The notes under the pieces are model-generated. The model made no database searches. It was not told the origin of the DNA and worked only from the letters and a program-made list of their open reading frames with translations. Below, piece after piece: positions 37,739 to 46,921 of a stretch of 64,000 nucleotides of DNA (the stretch's first letter is position 1; each line of letters starts with the position of its first letter). Source of the stretch: an uncultured Alistipes sp. (GTDB lineage: Bacteria; Bacteroidota; Bacteroidia; Bacteroidales; Rikenellaceae). Position numbers and translations under genes: made by a program. The stretch covers positions 13,434 to 77,433 of the forward strand of contig CANQGQ010000008.1 of NCBI GenBank assembly GCA_947623305.1. Direction: 5' to 3'.

Positions 37739-38377
37739 TTATTCGAGCAGTCCGGCGCCGCGGAACGAAAATTCGCCTTCGTGCGAGAGGATGATGTGGT
37801 CGAGCAACTGAATCTCGAACAAGGCGGAGGCTCGGGCGATTTGCCGGGTCATGATTTTGTCTTCGGGGCTCGGTTCCGCGGCTCCCGACGGATGGTTGTG
37901 GATCAAAATCAATTGCGAAGCCAGTAATTCGAGGGCCCGTTTGACTACGATGCGCGGATCTACGACGGTTGCTTGCACGCCGCCCTGACTGATGCGTTGC
38001 CGTTCGATGATGCGGTTCGATGCCGTGAGATAAATCGCCCAGCACTCTTCGTGGGCAAGCCCTTCCAACTGGGGCCGGAACAATCGTACGATGTCGTCGC
38101 TTTGCCGGATGACCGTGTCGGCATCGACCGCGTGTTTGGAGGCTGTGCGCCGACCGTATTCGGTCGCTGCCATCAGCAGCTGCGCACGCCGCAGGCCCAA
38201 CCCTCCGATCATCCGCAGCCGCGACAGATTGAGACGGCCTAACCGCTCGATTGATCCCCCGACCTCGGTCAACAGCTGTTCGGCGATCGTTTCATCGCCC
38301 GTCAGTACGGTCAGCAACTCTTTGTCCGTGAGCGATTCGGCTCCGTGCAGCGCGATTTTGTCATTGAGGGAATCCAT
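37739..38377 (-). CDS. radC: RadC family JAB-domain protein
   Basis: HEECW, HNHPSG, PSPED, LLDHII; N-terminal HhH region. Confidence 0.9.
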   Translation of the reverse strand: MDSLNDKIALHGAESLTDKELLTVLTGDETIAEQLLTEVGGSIERLGRLNLSRLRMIGGLGLRRAQLLMAATEYGRRTASKHAVDADTVIRQSDDIVRLFRPQLEGLAHEECWAIYLTASNRIIERQRISQGGVQATVVDPRIVVKRALELLASQLILIHNHPSGAAEPSPEDKIMTRQIARASALFEIQLLDHIILSHEGEFSFRGAGLLE

Positions 38378-38448
38378 CTTGATGATTCGGCTCCGTGTGG
38401 TCGTTCAGGAGGCCGTTGGCAGGTGAAAGGTCGTAGATTACAGCGGGG

Positions 38449-39222
38449 TTATCGGGTGAGCCGGTCGTAGTGGTCGAGCAGCGAGGCGCATTGTTCGTCG
38501 TTCATGGCGTGGGCGACCGAGTAGGCGGCCTGTTGTTCGGCCTCCTTTTTCGATTCGCCGGCCCCGAATCCGACCTCCATGCCGTCGATCTCGACCATGG
38601 CGCTGAAATGCGGATGCGAAAGCGAACTGCCTTCGTCCCGATTTGACCGGAATACAATATGATGATGCCCCTTCTGGCACCATTCGATCAACCGGCTTTT
38701 GTAATCGGGGTCGGAGTGAGTCAGATCGTCGATATTCAGGTAACGGTAGAAAAGACGGTTGATGAGCAGCCGGTTGACGAATTCGTAACCTTGATCCAAA
38801 TAGATCGCGCCCATCATCGCTTCGAAAGCGTCGCCGAAGATATGCTTCTGGGCCAAACCGGCTCCGGCACCTGCGATGACCTGTTTGTCGAGCCCCAGTT
38901 TAATAGCCAGTGCATTGAGCGACTGCCGCGAGACGATCCGCGATCGCAGCTGCGTCATGAATCCCTCGTCCTTGTCCGGAAACTCGATGAAGACGTAATC
39001 CGACGTTACGGTCTCGATGACGGCATCGCCCAGAAATTCGAGCCGTTCGTTGTTGATCGGCTGCCCGTCGTCCAAAACCAAAGAAGCTGACTTGTGAATC
39101 AAAGCCAGCTTGTAGAGTTCGATGTTGTGCGGAATGAATCCGAACAGATCATCGACGAGTCTGTAATAAGTCTTGTCCCGACCGATATTCCTTCGAAAAG
39201 GGCGTAAGATGAAATCCACCAC
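38449..39222 (-). CDS. rnc: Ribonuclease III
   Basis: NNERLEFLGDAV, GDAFEAMMGAIYLD, C-terminal dsRBD with SKKEAEQQAA. Confidence 0.96.
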   Translation of the reverse strand: MVDFILRPFRRNIGRDKTYYRLVDDLFGFIPHNIELYKLALIHKSASLVLDDGQPINNERLEFLGDAVIETVTSDYVFIEFPDKDEGFMTQLRSRIVSRQSLNALAIKLGLDKQVIAGAGAGLAQKHIFGDAFEAMMGAIYLDQGYEFVNRLLINRLFYRYLNIDDLTHSDPDYKSRLIEWCQKGHHHIVFRSNRDEGSSLSHPHFSAMVEIDGMEVGFGAGESKKEAEQQAAYSVAHAMNDEQCASLLDHYDRLTR

Positions 39223-39238
39223 GGCGGGACAGCGCGTT

Positions 39239-40486
39239 TCAATATTTGCGGAAAATGACCGTGGCGTTGTGGCCGCCGAATCCGAACGTATTGCTCAATG
39301 CACAATTCACTTCGCGCTTCTGAGCCTTGTTCAGCGTCAGATTGAGCTTGCTGTCGATTTCGGGATCGAGTTCCTGGCAGTTGATGGTCGGGGGCACCGT
39401 GCTGTGCGTGATGGCATAGATGCAGGCCAATGCCTCGACTGCGCCGGCTGCACCCAACAAGTGGCCGGTCATGGATTTCGTCGAAGAGATGTTCAACTTG
39501 TAGGCATGTTCGCCGAATACGCCCGTAACGGCTTTCAACTCGGCGATGTCGCCCAGCGGGGTCGACGTGCCGTGAACGTTGATGTAGTCGATATCTTCCG
39601 GCGTAAGATGCGCATCTTTGAGTGCGTCGCGCATGGCTTTCATGGCACCCAATCCTTCCGGATGCGGCGCCGTGAAGTGGTGGGCATCGGCCGATGCGGC
39701 ACCGCCTGCGATTTCGCAATAGATTTTCGCTCCGCGGGCTTTGGCGTGCTCCAACTCTTCGAGAATCAGGGCGCCGGCGCCTTCGCCGATGACGAACCCG
39801 TCGCGGTCTTTGTCGAAAGGACGCGAGGCGGTAGCCGGATCGTCGTTGCGCGTCGAGAGTGCCTGCATGGAGTTGAATCCGCCGACAGCCGGTTCGTTGA
39901 CGGCCGCTTCCGAACCGCCCGCCACCATCACGTCGGCTTTGCCGTAGCGGATGGCGTCGAAAGCGGCGATCATGCCGTGGTTCGAGGAGGCGCACGCCGA
40001 AACGCAGCAGTAGTTGGGCCCCATGAAGCCGTACTTCATGGAGATGAACCCTGCGGCGATGTCGGAGATCATGCGGGGAATGAAGAATGGGCTAAACCGA
40101 GGGGTCATTCCGCCCTCGGCATAGCCCAGACATTCGTCGAAGAACGATTTGAGACCGCCGATACCCGAACTCCAGATGACGCCGACCTGTTCCTTGTCGA
40201 TGGCGTCGAGGTCGAATCCCGCATCTTCGACAGCCTGCGTAGCGGCCACGAGGGCATACTGCGTGAAGAGGTCGTATTTGCGCACCTCTTTTCGGTCGAA
40301 ATGTTGGGCCGGATCGTAATTTTTGACTTCGCAAGCGAACCGTGTCTTGAATTTTTCGGCGTTGAAATGAGTGATCGCTGCGGCGCCGCTGACGCCTTTC
40401 TCCAGATTCGAAAAATATTCTTCAACGTTGTTGCCGAGCGGGTTGATGGTTCCGATACCCGTTACTACTACTCTTCTTTCTGCCAT
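39239..40486 (-). CDS. fabF: 3-oxoacyl-ACP synthase II
   Basis: RRVVVTGIG, VSACASS, YINVHGTSTPLGD, SSTKSMTGHLLGAAG, SNTFGFGGHN. Confidence 0.97.
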   Translation of the reverse strand: MAERRVVVTGIGTINPLGNNVEEYFSNLEKGVSGAAAITHFNAEKFKTRFACEVKNYDPAQHFDRKEVRKYDLFTQYALVAATQAVEDAGFDLDAIDKEQVGVIWSSGIGGLKSFFDECLGYAEGGMTPRFSPFFIPRMISDIAAGFISMKYGFMGPNYCCVSACASSNHGMIAAFDAIRYGKADVMVAGGSEAAVNEPAVGGFNSMQALSTRNDDPATASRPFDKDRDGFVIGEGAGALILEELEHAKARGAKIYCEIAGGAASADAHHFTAPHPEGLGAMKAMRDALKDAHLTPEDIDYINVHGTSTPLGDIAELKAVTGVFGEHAYKLNISSTKSMTGHLLGAAGAVEALACIYAITHSTVPPTINCQELDPEIDSKLNLTLNKAQKREVNCALSNTFGFGGHNATVIFRKY

Positions 40487-40590
40487 ATCGAGACTCTGGT
40501 TGTTCTTGATGCGAAGTCGGAAAATCCGCGTCCGTTCATCCGTGCGGCGGAGCGGATCTCGGTTCGTCTTCTATTATACTGTATGGTAAA

Positions 40591-40827
40591 TTATTTCTTG
40601 TGTTCTTCGATGTACTTGATCGCATCGCCTACGGTAGCGATCTTTTCAGCGTCCTCATCGGGGATCGTGATGTCGAAAGCCTTTTCGAACTCCATGATCA
40701 ATTCTACGGTATCGAGCGAATCCGCACCGAGGTGGTTCGTGAAACTTGCTTCGGGAACGACTTCCGATTCCTTGACACCGAGTTTGTCGACGATGATCTC
40801 GACAACTTTGGATTGAACTTCTGACAT
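40591..40827 (-). CDS. acpP: Acyl carrier protein
   Basis: [11 protein letters not shown]. Confidence 0.98.
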   Translation of the reverse strand: MSEVQSKVVEIIVDKLGVKESEVVPEASFTNHLGADSLDTVELIMEFEKAFDITIPDEDAEKIATVGDAIKYIEEHKK

Positions 40828-41039
40828 AATCGTAAATTTTTAGTTAAACATTATTATTAATACGGTTGTTTTTCTAATTAACCTCGTTATAATTCGGTCG
40901 TTTTGCTACCGTTGGTTCGGTTACAGCCGTTCCATTTACGGCCATCCCGCTAAACAGGGGCCTTGTATCGCAACGCTCGATTTCCTGCTTACCTCGTCGG
41001 TTCCCGAGCCGGAAACTTTCGATTTTATGGAAATCTGCG

Positions 41040-41073
41040 CAAAAATAACACTTTTTTTATTACTTTTGACAAA
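41040..41073. promoter_or_regulatory. Overlapping divergent promoters for acpP-fabF-rnc (minus) and pepE (plus)
   Basis: TATTTTTG on the minus strand at 41040-41047; TACTTTTG on the plus strand at 41061-41068. Confidence 0.5.
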
Positions 41074-41150
41074 ACGCACGTTTTTTTTGTTGACAATTTT
41101 CCCGACAAATGGAACAATCGTTTGTACAAATCGCTAAAATGTAATCGCTT

Positions 41151-41852
41151 ATGAAATTGCTGTTGATCTCCAATTCGACGAATGCCGGCGAGGAGTATCT
41201 GCGTTACCCGATGCCCGAAATCGCATCGTTTCTTCGGGGCGTTCGCGAAATCGTGTTCGTGCCGTATGCGGCCGTAACATTCTCTTATGCAGCTTACGAA
41301 CGGAAGGTGCAGACCCGTTTCGCGGAATTGGGCATCCGGGTCCGTTCGGTGCATCGAGCCGAAAATCCGGTCCGGCTCGTCCGCGAGGCCGAGGCCATCT
41401 GCGTCGGCGGGGGCAATACGTTCGCATTGGCCAAAAAGATGCAGGAACAGGGACTGATGAAGGCCATTCTGCGTAAGATCAAGGCCGGAACGCCGTATGT
41501 GGGGTGGTCGGCCGGAAGCAACGTTTGTTGCCCGACGCTCTGCACGACGAACGACATGCCGATCGTTCAGCCCGAGTCGTTCCGGACGATCGGCGCCGTG
41601 AAATTCCAAATCAATCCTCATTACCTCGATGCCAATCCCGAGGGGCACGCCGGCGAGACACGCGAACAGCGCATTTTGGAGTACATCGAGGCCAATCCGC
41701 GCCGTTGGGTCGCCGGTTTGCGCGAGGGGTGCATGCTTCGATACGAGAACGGCCGGTTCGAATTGATCGGCAAACGTCCCATGCGGATGTTTCGCAAGGG
41801 CGTCGAACCGTTCGAGGTGCAGCCCGGCAGCGATCTGTCGTTTCTTTTATAA
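41151..41852 (+). CDS. pepE: Dipeptidase E (peptidase S51)
   Basis: VGGGNTF, GWSAG, INPHY, HAGETRE. Confidence 0.93.
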   Translation: MKLLLISNSTNAGEEYLRYPMPEIASFLRGVREIVFVPYAAVTFSYAAYERKVQTRFAELGIRVRSVHRAENPVRLVREAEAICVGGGNTFALAKKMQEQGLMKAILRKIKAGTPYVGWSAGSNVCCPTLCTTNDMPIVQPESFRTIGAVKFQINPHYLDANPEGHAGETREQRILEYIEANPRRWVAGLREGCMLRYENGRFELIGKRPMRMFRKGVEPFEVQPGSDLSFLL

Positions 41853-41871
41853 TATAATTGTGAGGTGGAAA

Positions 41872-42444
41872 ATGAGAGCAAGGAGATGGATTGGATGGGT
41901 GGCATGTATGGCGCTCGGTTTCGTCCTTTCGGGGTGCGGCGATCGGACTTCGAACAAGGAGCTGACACAGGAGCACTATGTCGAACGGTTGCGCAGCGAG
42001 GGGTATCTCGGACCGACCGATACGGTGCGGATGTTTACGCCCGAGGAGTTCGCCGCTTGCATGAAACAGGAAGGGCTGATCGGCCCCGACAGCCTGTGGA
42101 CGTCCGACGTGCGGCGACGTGCGGCGGCGTTGTACGACGTGCTTTTCCATTCGGTCGTCGTGCGCGAAAATTGCTGGTGGTTGACCTGCAACCGGCAGAC
42201 CCTCGTCGACCGAGGCGTTCCGGCTATCTATTACGATTTGCTCGTCTACAATTGTTGGTCGATGAGCGAGGCCACGAATCGTTGGATCGCTGAGGGGCGG
42301 ATAACACCCGAACAAGGGAACATGGAACGAGCGTTCGAAGAATTTAAAGCATTGATTATATCGTTCGGATTCGATACGGACGAAGCCGTAGATACAGAAG
42401 CGGATGCACAGCTGCTGAATGAAAAAGCATCGGAGACGCCATGA
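41872..42444 (+). CDS. Hypothetical lipoprotein
   Basis: Lipobox LSGC. ATG 41872 (GTG 41860 is an alternative). ATGA overlap with yraN. No family recognised. Confidence 0.65.
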   Translation: MRARRWIGWVACMALGFVLSGCGDRTSNKELTQEHYVERLRSEGYLGPTDTVRMFTPEEFAACMKQEGLIGPDSLWTSDVRRRAAALYDVLFHSVVVRENCWWLTCNRQTLVDRGVPAIYYDLLVYNCWSMSEATNRWIAEGRITPEQGNMERAFEEFKALIISFGFDTDEAVDTEADAQLLNEKASETP

Positions 42445-42833
42445 ACGACTTTCCGAGAATGGGTGCCCCGATGACGACTGCCGAAATCGGTCAGGCGGGC
42501 GAACGGGCTGCCGCGGAGTTCTTGCGCCGTGAGGGATACGAGCTGTGTGCATCGAATTGGCGCAACGGCCGTTACGAATTGGACATTGTGGCTTGCAAAG
42601 CGGGCGAGTTGCACATCGTGGAGGTCAAATCCCGTCGCGCCGATGGACTGACTTCGCCTGAGGAGGCCCTGACCCCGCAGAAACAACGGGCCCTGTTCCG
42701 TGCGGCCCGCGCGTATGTCGCCTGGACGCATTGGGAGGGCGAAGTGCGGTTCGATCTGGTCGCTGTCGATCGTTATGCCGACGGCTCGGTGGAGGTGCGT
42801 TTCATCCCCGATGCTTGGCAATGTCATTGGTAA
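42441..42833 (+). CDS. yraN: YraN (UPF0102) family PD-(D/E)xK protein
   Basis: GQAGERAA, ELDIVA, IVEVKSR, RFDLVAV. Confidence 0.9.
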   Translation: MNDFPRMGAPMTTAEIGQAGERAAAEFLRREGYELCASNWRNGRYELDIVACKAGELHIVEVKSRRADGLTSPEEALTPQKQRALFRAARAYVAWTHWEGEVRFDLVAVDRYADGSVEVRFIPDAWQCHW

Positions 42834-42918
42834 GTTTTGCATCTTCGGCAAATTATGCTATCTTTGCGCTGCTTTGGAAAAATGATTGACTGCGAATTTT
42901 GCAAATTTCCCTGTCGCG

Positions 42919-44145
42919 ATGTGGTTTTATGATCTCGGTTTGATGATTTACGCATGGGTCGTTCGGCTCGTGTCGTTCCGGTATCCGAAAGCGAAGCTAT
43001 GGGTGGAGGGACGCAAGAATTGGTTCCGCCGCATGACCGAAGCGATTGATCCGGCGGCCCGCATCGTTTGGATTCACGTCGCGTCGCTCGGCGAATTCGA
43101 GCAGGGGAGGCCTATCATCGAGCAGCTTCGCCGGACGCATCCCGAATACAAAATCCTTTTGACCTTCTATTCGCCTTCCGGCTACGAAATCCGCAAGAAT
43201 TACGAGGGGGCCGATTATATCTTCTATCTGCCGCTCGATACGCCGCGCAATGTCCGGCGTTTTCTGGACGTGGCCCATCCCGAGATCGCCGTTTTCGTGA
43301 AGTACGAATTTTGGTTGAACTTGTTGCGGGAGTTGCGCCGTCGGCGGGTGCGTACGTTCATCATATCGGCCATCTTCCGGCGCAATTCGGTCTTTTTCAA
43401 ATGGTACGGCGGTTGGTGGCGCCAGGCGTTGGAGACGTTCGAGGTGCTTTTCGTGCAGAACGAGGAATCGAAAAAATTGTTGGGCGAATTGGGCTTCGAT
43501 AATGTAACGGTTGCGGGCGATACGCGCTTCGATCGGGTTGCCGAAATCGCGGCCCATACCAAACGGATCGACATCGTCGAGCAGTTCCGCGGCGACAAAC
43601 GACTGTTCGTCGCCGGTTCGACGTGGGGCCCCGACGAGGAGTTGTTGATCCGCTTGATGAACGACAATCCCGATGTGAAATTCGTCGTTGCGCCGCACGA
43701 GATGGACGAAAGCCGCATCGAACGGTTGATGTCCGAAACCGAAGGCGGCGCTTTGCGTTTCACGCAGTGTTCGCCCCGTACGGCTTACGGCTCGCGGCGG
43801 TTGTTGGTGCTCGATACCGTGGGGATGTTGTCTTCGGTTTACGGTTATGCGACCTGGGGATATATCGGCGGCGGATTCGGCGTCGGCATCCACAATACGC
43901 TCGAAGCGGCTACGTTCGGACTGCCGATCGCATTCGGCCCCAATTATTTGAAATTCAAAGAGGCCTGTGATTTGGTTACGCTCGGCGCCGCTCGTCCGGT
44001 GGCGGATTACGAGGCTTTGAAGGCTTGGTTCGTGCCGTTGCGGGACAATGAGGTCTTTTTACAGAAAACGAGCCGTATCGCCAAGGACTACACGTCGCGT
44101 CATCAAGGGGCTACCGATATTTTCCTGAAAACGGTGTTTCATTAA
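42919..44145 (+). CDS. waaA: 3-deoxy-D-manno-octulosonic acid (Kdo) transferase
   Basis: WIHVASLGEFEQG, YLPLD, KYEFW, GDTRFD, AGSTW, HNTLEAA. Confidence 0.93.
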   Translation: MWFYDLGLMIYAWVVRLVSFRYPKAKLWVEGRKNWFRRMTEAIDPAARIVWIHVASLGEFEQGRPIIEQLRRTHPEYKILLTFYSPSGYEIRKNYEGADYIFYLPLDTPRNVRRFLDVAHPEIAVFVKYEFWLNLLRELRRRRVRTFIISAIFRRNSVFFKWYGGWWRQALETFEVLFVQNEESKKLLGELGFDNVTVAGDTRFDRVAEIAAHTKRIDIVEQFRGDKRLFVAGSTWGPDEELLIRLMNDNPDVKFVVAPHEMDESRIERLMSETEGGALRFTQCSPRTAYGSRRLLVLDTVGMLSSVYGYATWGYIGGGFGVGIHNTLEAATFGLPIAFGPNYLKFKEACDLVTLGAARPVADYEALKAWFVPLRDNEVFLQKTSRIAKDYTSRHQGATDIFLKTVFH

Positions 44146-44313
44146 GGGCGGTTTCTGCCTCGGGGCGTTATTGAGAGGCGGTATCCGTTTCCCGATATGA
44201 CAAGCAAAACACCGCGATTCCTTTAGGGGTCGCGGCGTCTTAATTTATTAGGTGCAATGTCGATGCGTGGAATTTCTTTTTCCGGCTCATCGTCATCGGT
44301 CATTCGTTCGGAG

Positions 44314-45075
44314 TCAGATTTTGTCGCGTCCCTGGAGGATCTTTTGCAGATAATATTTGAGCCGGTTCGAGTATTTGAGCATCTTCCACGGACGGCTGCC
44401 GTGGGGACGGTGCAACACCCGCAAATCGCAGAACAGATAGTTGCGGAAATTTTCACGCAGCGCCATGTGCGAAATCGGCACATCGAACCATTGTTTTTCG
44501 GCATTGAGTTCGTCGAAATCCGCTTTTTTCAGAAACGCATGCGTCAGCAGCGTGCAGCAGAAACTCAAGTGGCCTTCCGCTTCCACGACCCCCCCCCTTG
44601 TCGTCCGTATGGATTCATAGGGATAGTTCACCTCGTTGCGTTCATCGACCGTGATGGCTGCCGCCAGCGCGCAGTCCGGTCGGGCCGTTGCGCCTTCGAG
44701 CAGGCGTTGCAGGGTCTGTTCGCCGACCACGACGTCCGATTCGACGATCGCGAGCGACGCTTCGTCGGCAAGCGCTTCGCGGAGCGCCATACGGAGCGTC
44801 AGCCGGTAATTGGGCGACGGCGTATCGGTCAGGTCGCACAGATTGATCAGCGTGAAGCCCTTTCCCATGCGGATCGCAGCCTCTTCGAGTCGTTTTGTAT
44901 TTTCGGGTGTGCTGAAATCGTTGTAGACCGTATAGGTGAACGGCCTTTCGATTTTCGAATCGAGCACCGACCGAATCGTCTGAAGCGTCAGATCAATGGA
45001 GTCCTTGACGGGTGTGATGATATGCAGCCGCTTCCCGATGTTGCTTTCCGGCGATGACTTCGCTGCGTTTGGCAT
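44314..45075 (-). CDS. Glycosyltransferase family 2
   Basis: HIITPVKD, VYNDFS, IVESDV, SFCCTLL. ATG at 45075 is preferred. Confidence 0.75.
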   Translation of the reverse strand: MPNAAKSSPESNIGKRLHIITPVKDSIDLTLQTIRSVLDSKIERPFTYTVYNDFSTPENTKRLEEAAIRMGKGFTLINLCDLTDTPSPNYRLTLRMALREALADEASLAIVESDVVVGEQTLQRLLEGATARPDCALAAAITVDERNEVNYPYESIRTTRGGVVEAEGHLSFCCTLLTHAFLKKADFDELNAEKQWFDVPISHMALRENFRNYLFCDLRVLHRPHGSRPWKMLKYSNRLKYYLQKILQGRDKI

Positions 45076-45221
45076 AACCTGTTCCGAATTTGTAATTTTC
45101 GTTTGAAAACAGTATCTTTGTTTGCGTATTTCCGTAGCGGATTCACGGAAGACGGTCGCCTCTTTGAACACCGCACGGTCATCGTATGGTTGACACACGA
45201 CATAAAAGCAGAGCAAAGTTA

Positions 45222-46223
45222 ATGATTATTTTCAGAAAATCAATAATTCTCATCGGAATCCTCTTCGTTCCCGTCTTCGGAGTGCAGGCCCAAAAGCGGA
45301 CGACGCGTCAGACGCGCGAGGAGTACATCGAACGATACAAGTCGATCGCTATCGGCGACATGGAGCGTTACGGCATACCGGCCAGCATCACGTTGGCGCA
45401 GGGTATCCTGGAATCGGACAGCGGCAACAGCCGGTTGTCGGTTCAGTCGAACAACCATTTCGGCATCAAGTGCAAGCGCGACTGGAAGGGGGCGAGGGTC
45501 TACCACGATGACGACGCCAAGGGCGAATGTTTCCGCAGTTATCCGTCGGTCGAGGCGTCTTACCGCGACCATGCGGAGTTTCTCGACCAGTCGCCCCGAT
45601 ACGATTCGTTGTTCGCCTACTCATCGACCGATTACAAGAGTTGGGCCAGGGGGCTCAAGGCGGCGGGTTATGCCACGGCACCCGATTATGCGCAACGACT
45701 CATCCGCATCATCGAGGAAAACCAGCTCTATCTGCTCGACCGGCCCAACGGAAGCCGCCTTTATGCTTCGCGCAAGCGGGTGTCCGGTAAGCACGGCGGT
45801 CGTACGGGTGTCGGTAAAGCGACCTCCGGTGCGGTCATCGACCCGGACGACTATCGGGTTACCGTCAACGCCCATAACGGTTACAACGTTTATACGGCGA
45901 ACGGGGTGCATTATGTGTTGGCCAAAGCGGGCGACACGTTCGAAACGATCGGAAAGCAGTTCCGCATTTCGGCGCGTAATCTGCGCAAATTCAACGATCT
46001 GACGGATCGTCGGTCGCAGCCGTTGAAAGACATGCCGGTCTACATAGAGCGGAAAAAACGGCGATGGACGGGCGATACGGCGATTCATGTGTGCCGTGCA
46101 GGGGAGACGCTCTACACGGTGGGGCAAATTTATGGCATCCGCAGCCGGTCGTTGGCGAAGATGAATCGGTCGTATGCCGGCGACGCAGTGCTTCCCGAAG
46201 GATTGGAAATACGAATCAAGTAA
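45222..46223 (+). CDS. Glucosaminidase (GH73) peptidoglycan hydrolase with two LysM domains
   Basis: GIPASITLAQGILESDSG, NNHFGIKC, AGYAT; two LysM repeats. Confidence 0.9.
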   Translation: MIIFRKSIILIGILFVPVFGVQAQKRTTRQTREEYIERYKSIAIGDMERYGIPASITLAQGILESDSGNSRLSVQSNNHFGIKCKRDWKGARVYHDDDAKGECFRSYPSVEASYRDHAEFLDQSPRYDSLFAYSSTDYKSWARGLKAAGYATAPDYAQRLIRIIEENQLYLLDRPNGSRLYASRKRVSGKHGGRTGVGKATSGAVIDPDDYRVTVNAHNGYNVYTANGVHYVLAKAGDTFETIGKQFRISARNLRKFNDLTDRRSQPLKDMPVYIERKKRRWTGDTAIHVCRAGETLYTVGQIYGIRSRSLAKMNRSYAGDAVLPEGLEIRIK

Positions 46224-46231
46224 AAAGAACC

Positions 46232-46918
46232 ATGGATAATTCCCCGCTGCGGACGAAGATTCTGGAGGAGGTCGTTCGCAAATCGAATCTGAAACAAAAG
46301 GTGTTCGACCAGGCCTTTTCGGCCTTCAATCTGTTGAAGGAGACCCTGTTGGAGATGGCTTCGGAGTTGGACGACGCTCTGGAGGGCCGGCTCGACCGCC
46401 GCGTCCGAATCGAATACCGCGACCGCGGCAAGTTCGAGGCGCAGTTGCAGGTGGCCAACGATCTGCTCGTCTTCCGCATGCACACCGATGTCTTTCAGTT
46501 CGCTGCCGACCATCTGTTGTGGCAGAATCCCTACGTGCAGGCCGACCGCGAAAATGCTTATTGCGGCATCATCGACATCTATAACTTCCTTTCCGATTCG
46601 TTCAAGTTTAACCGCAATGCCGACGAAGGGTATCTGATCGGCCGGATCTTCATCAATCGCGAACGGCGTTATTTCGTCGAGGGCAAAGGGCAGGCTTCGA
46701 TGCGGGTCATGCACTTCGGCGAACGGGAGATCGACCGCGAGGCTTTGGTCGTCATGTTGGAATCGGCGATCCGTTTCGCCTTGGATTTCGACCTGTTGAC
46801 GCCTCCCTACGAAGAGAACAAGCGGGTTACGGTCGACCAGTTCAATACGAAGATGGACAATTCGAAGTTCGTTACGGGCAAGCGGCTCGGCTACGATTTC
46901 GAGGTCGAAGATATTTAG
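46232..46918 (+). CDS. Conserved hypothetical protein (Bacteroidales type)
   Basis: 228 aa with normal codon usage, tightly linked to both neighbours. No recognisable catalytic motif. Confidence 0.7.
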   Translation: MDNSPLRTKILEEVVRKSNLKQKVFDQAFSAFNLLKETLLEMASELDDALEGRLDRRVRIEYRDRGKFEAQLQVANDLLVFRMHTDVFQFAADHLLWQNPYVQADRENAYCGIIDIYNFLSDSFKFNRNADEGYLIGRIFINRERRYFVEGKGQASMRVMHFGEREIDREALVVMLESAIRFALDFDLLTPPYEENKRVTVDQFNTKMDNSKFVTGKRLGYDFEVEDI

Positions 46919-46921
46919 GGG

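Noticed and set aside
37739-38377. radC as a marker of a mobile element
   Set aside because: It is the full-length chromosomal type among housekeeping genes, with no integrase or conjugation genes nearby.
35928-40816. Plus-strand 538-aa and 547-aa ORFs opposite glyQS and fabF
   Set aside because: Shadow ORFs of conserved housekeeping genes.
40979-41015. Minus-strand CGGGAACCGACGAGGTAAGCAG resembling SRP RNA domain IV
   Set aside because: It lacks the CAGG and GNRA tetraloop and the long flanking helix of 4.5S RNA.
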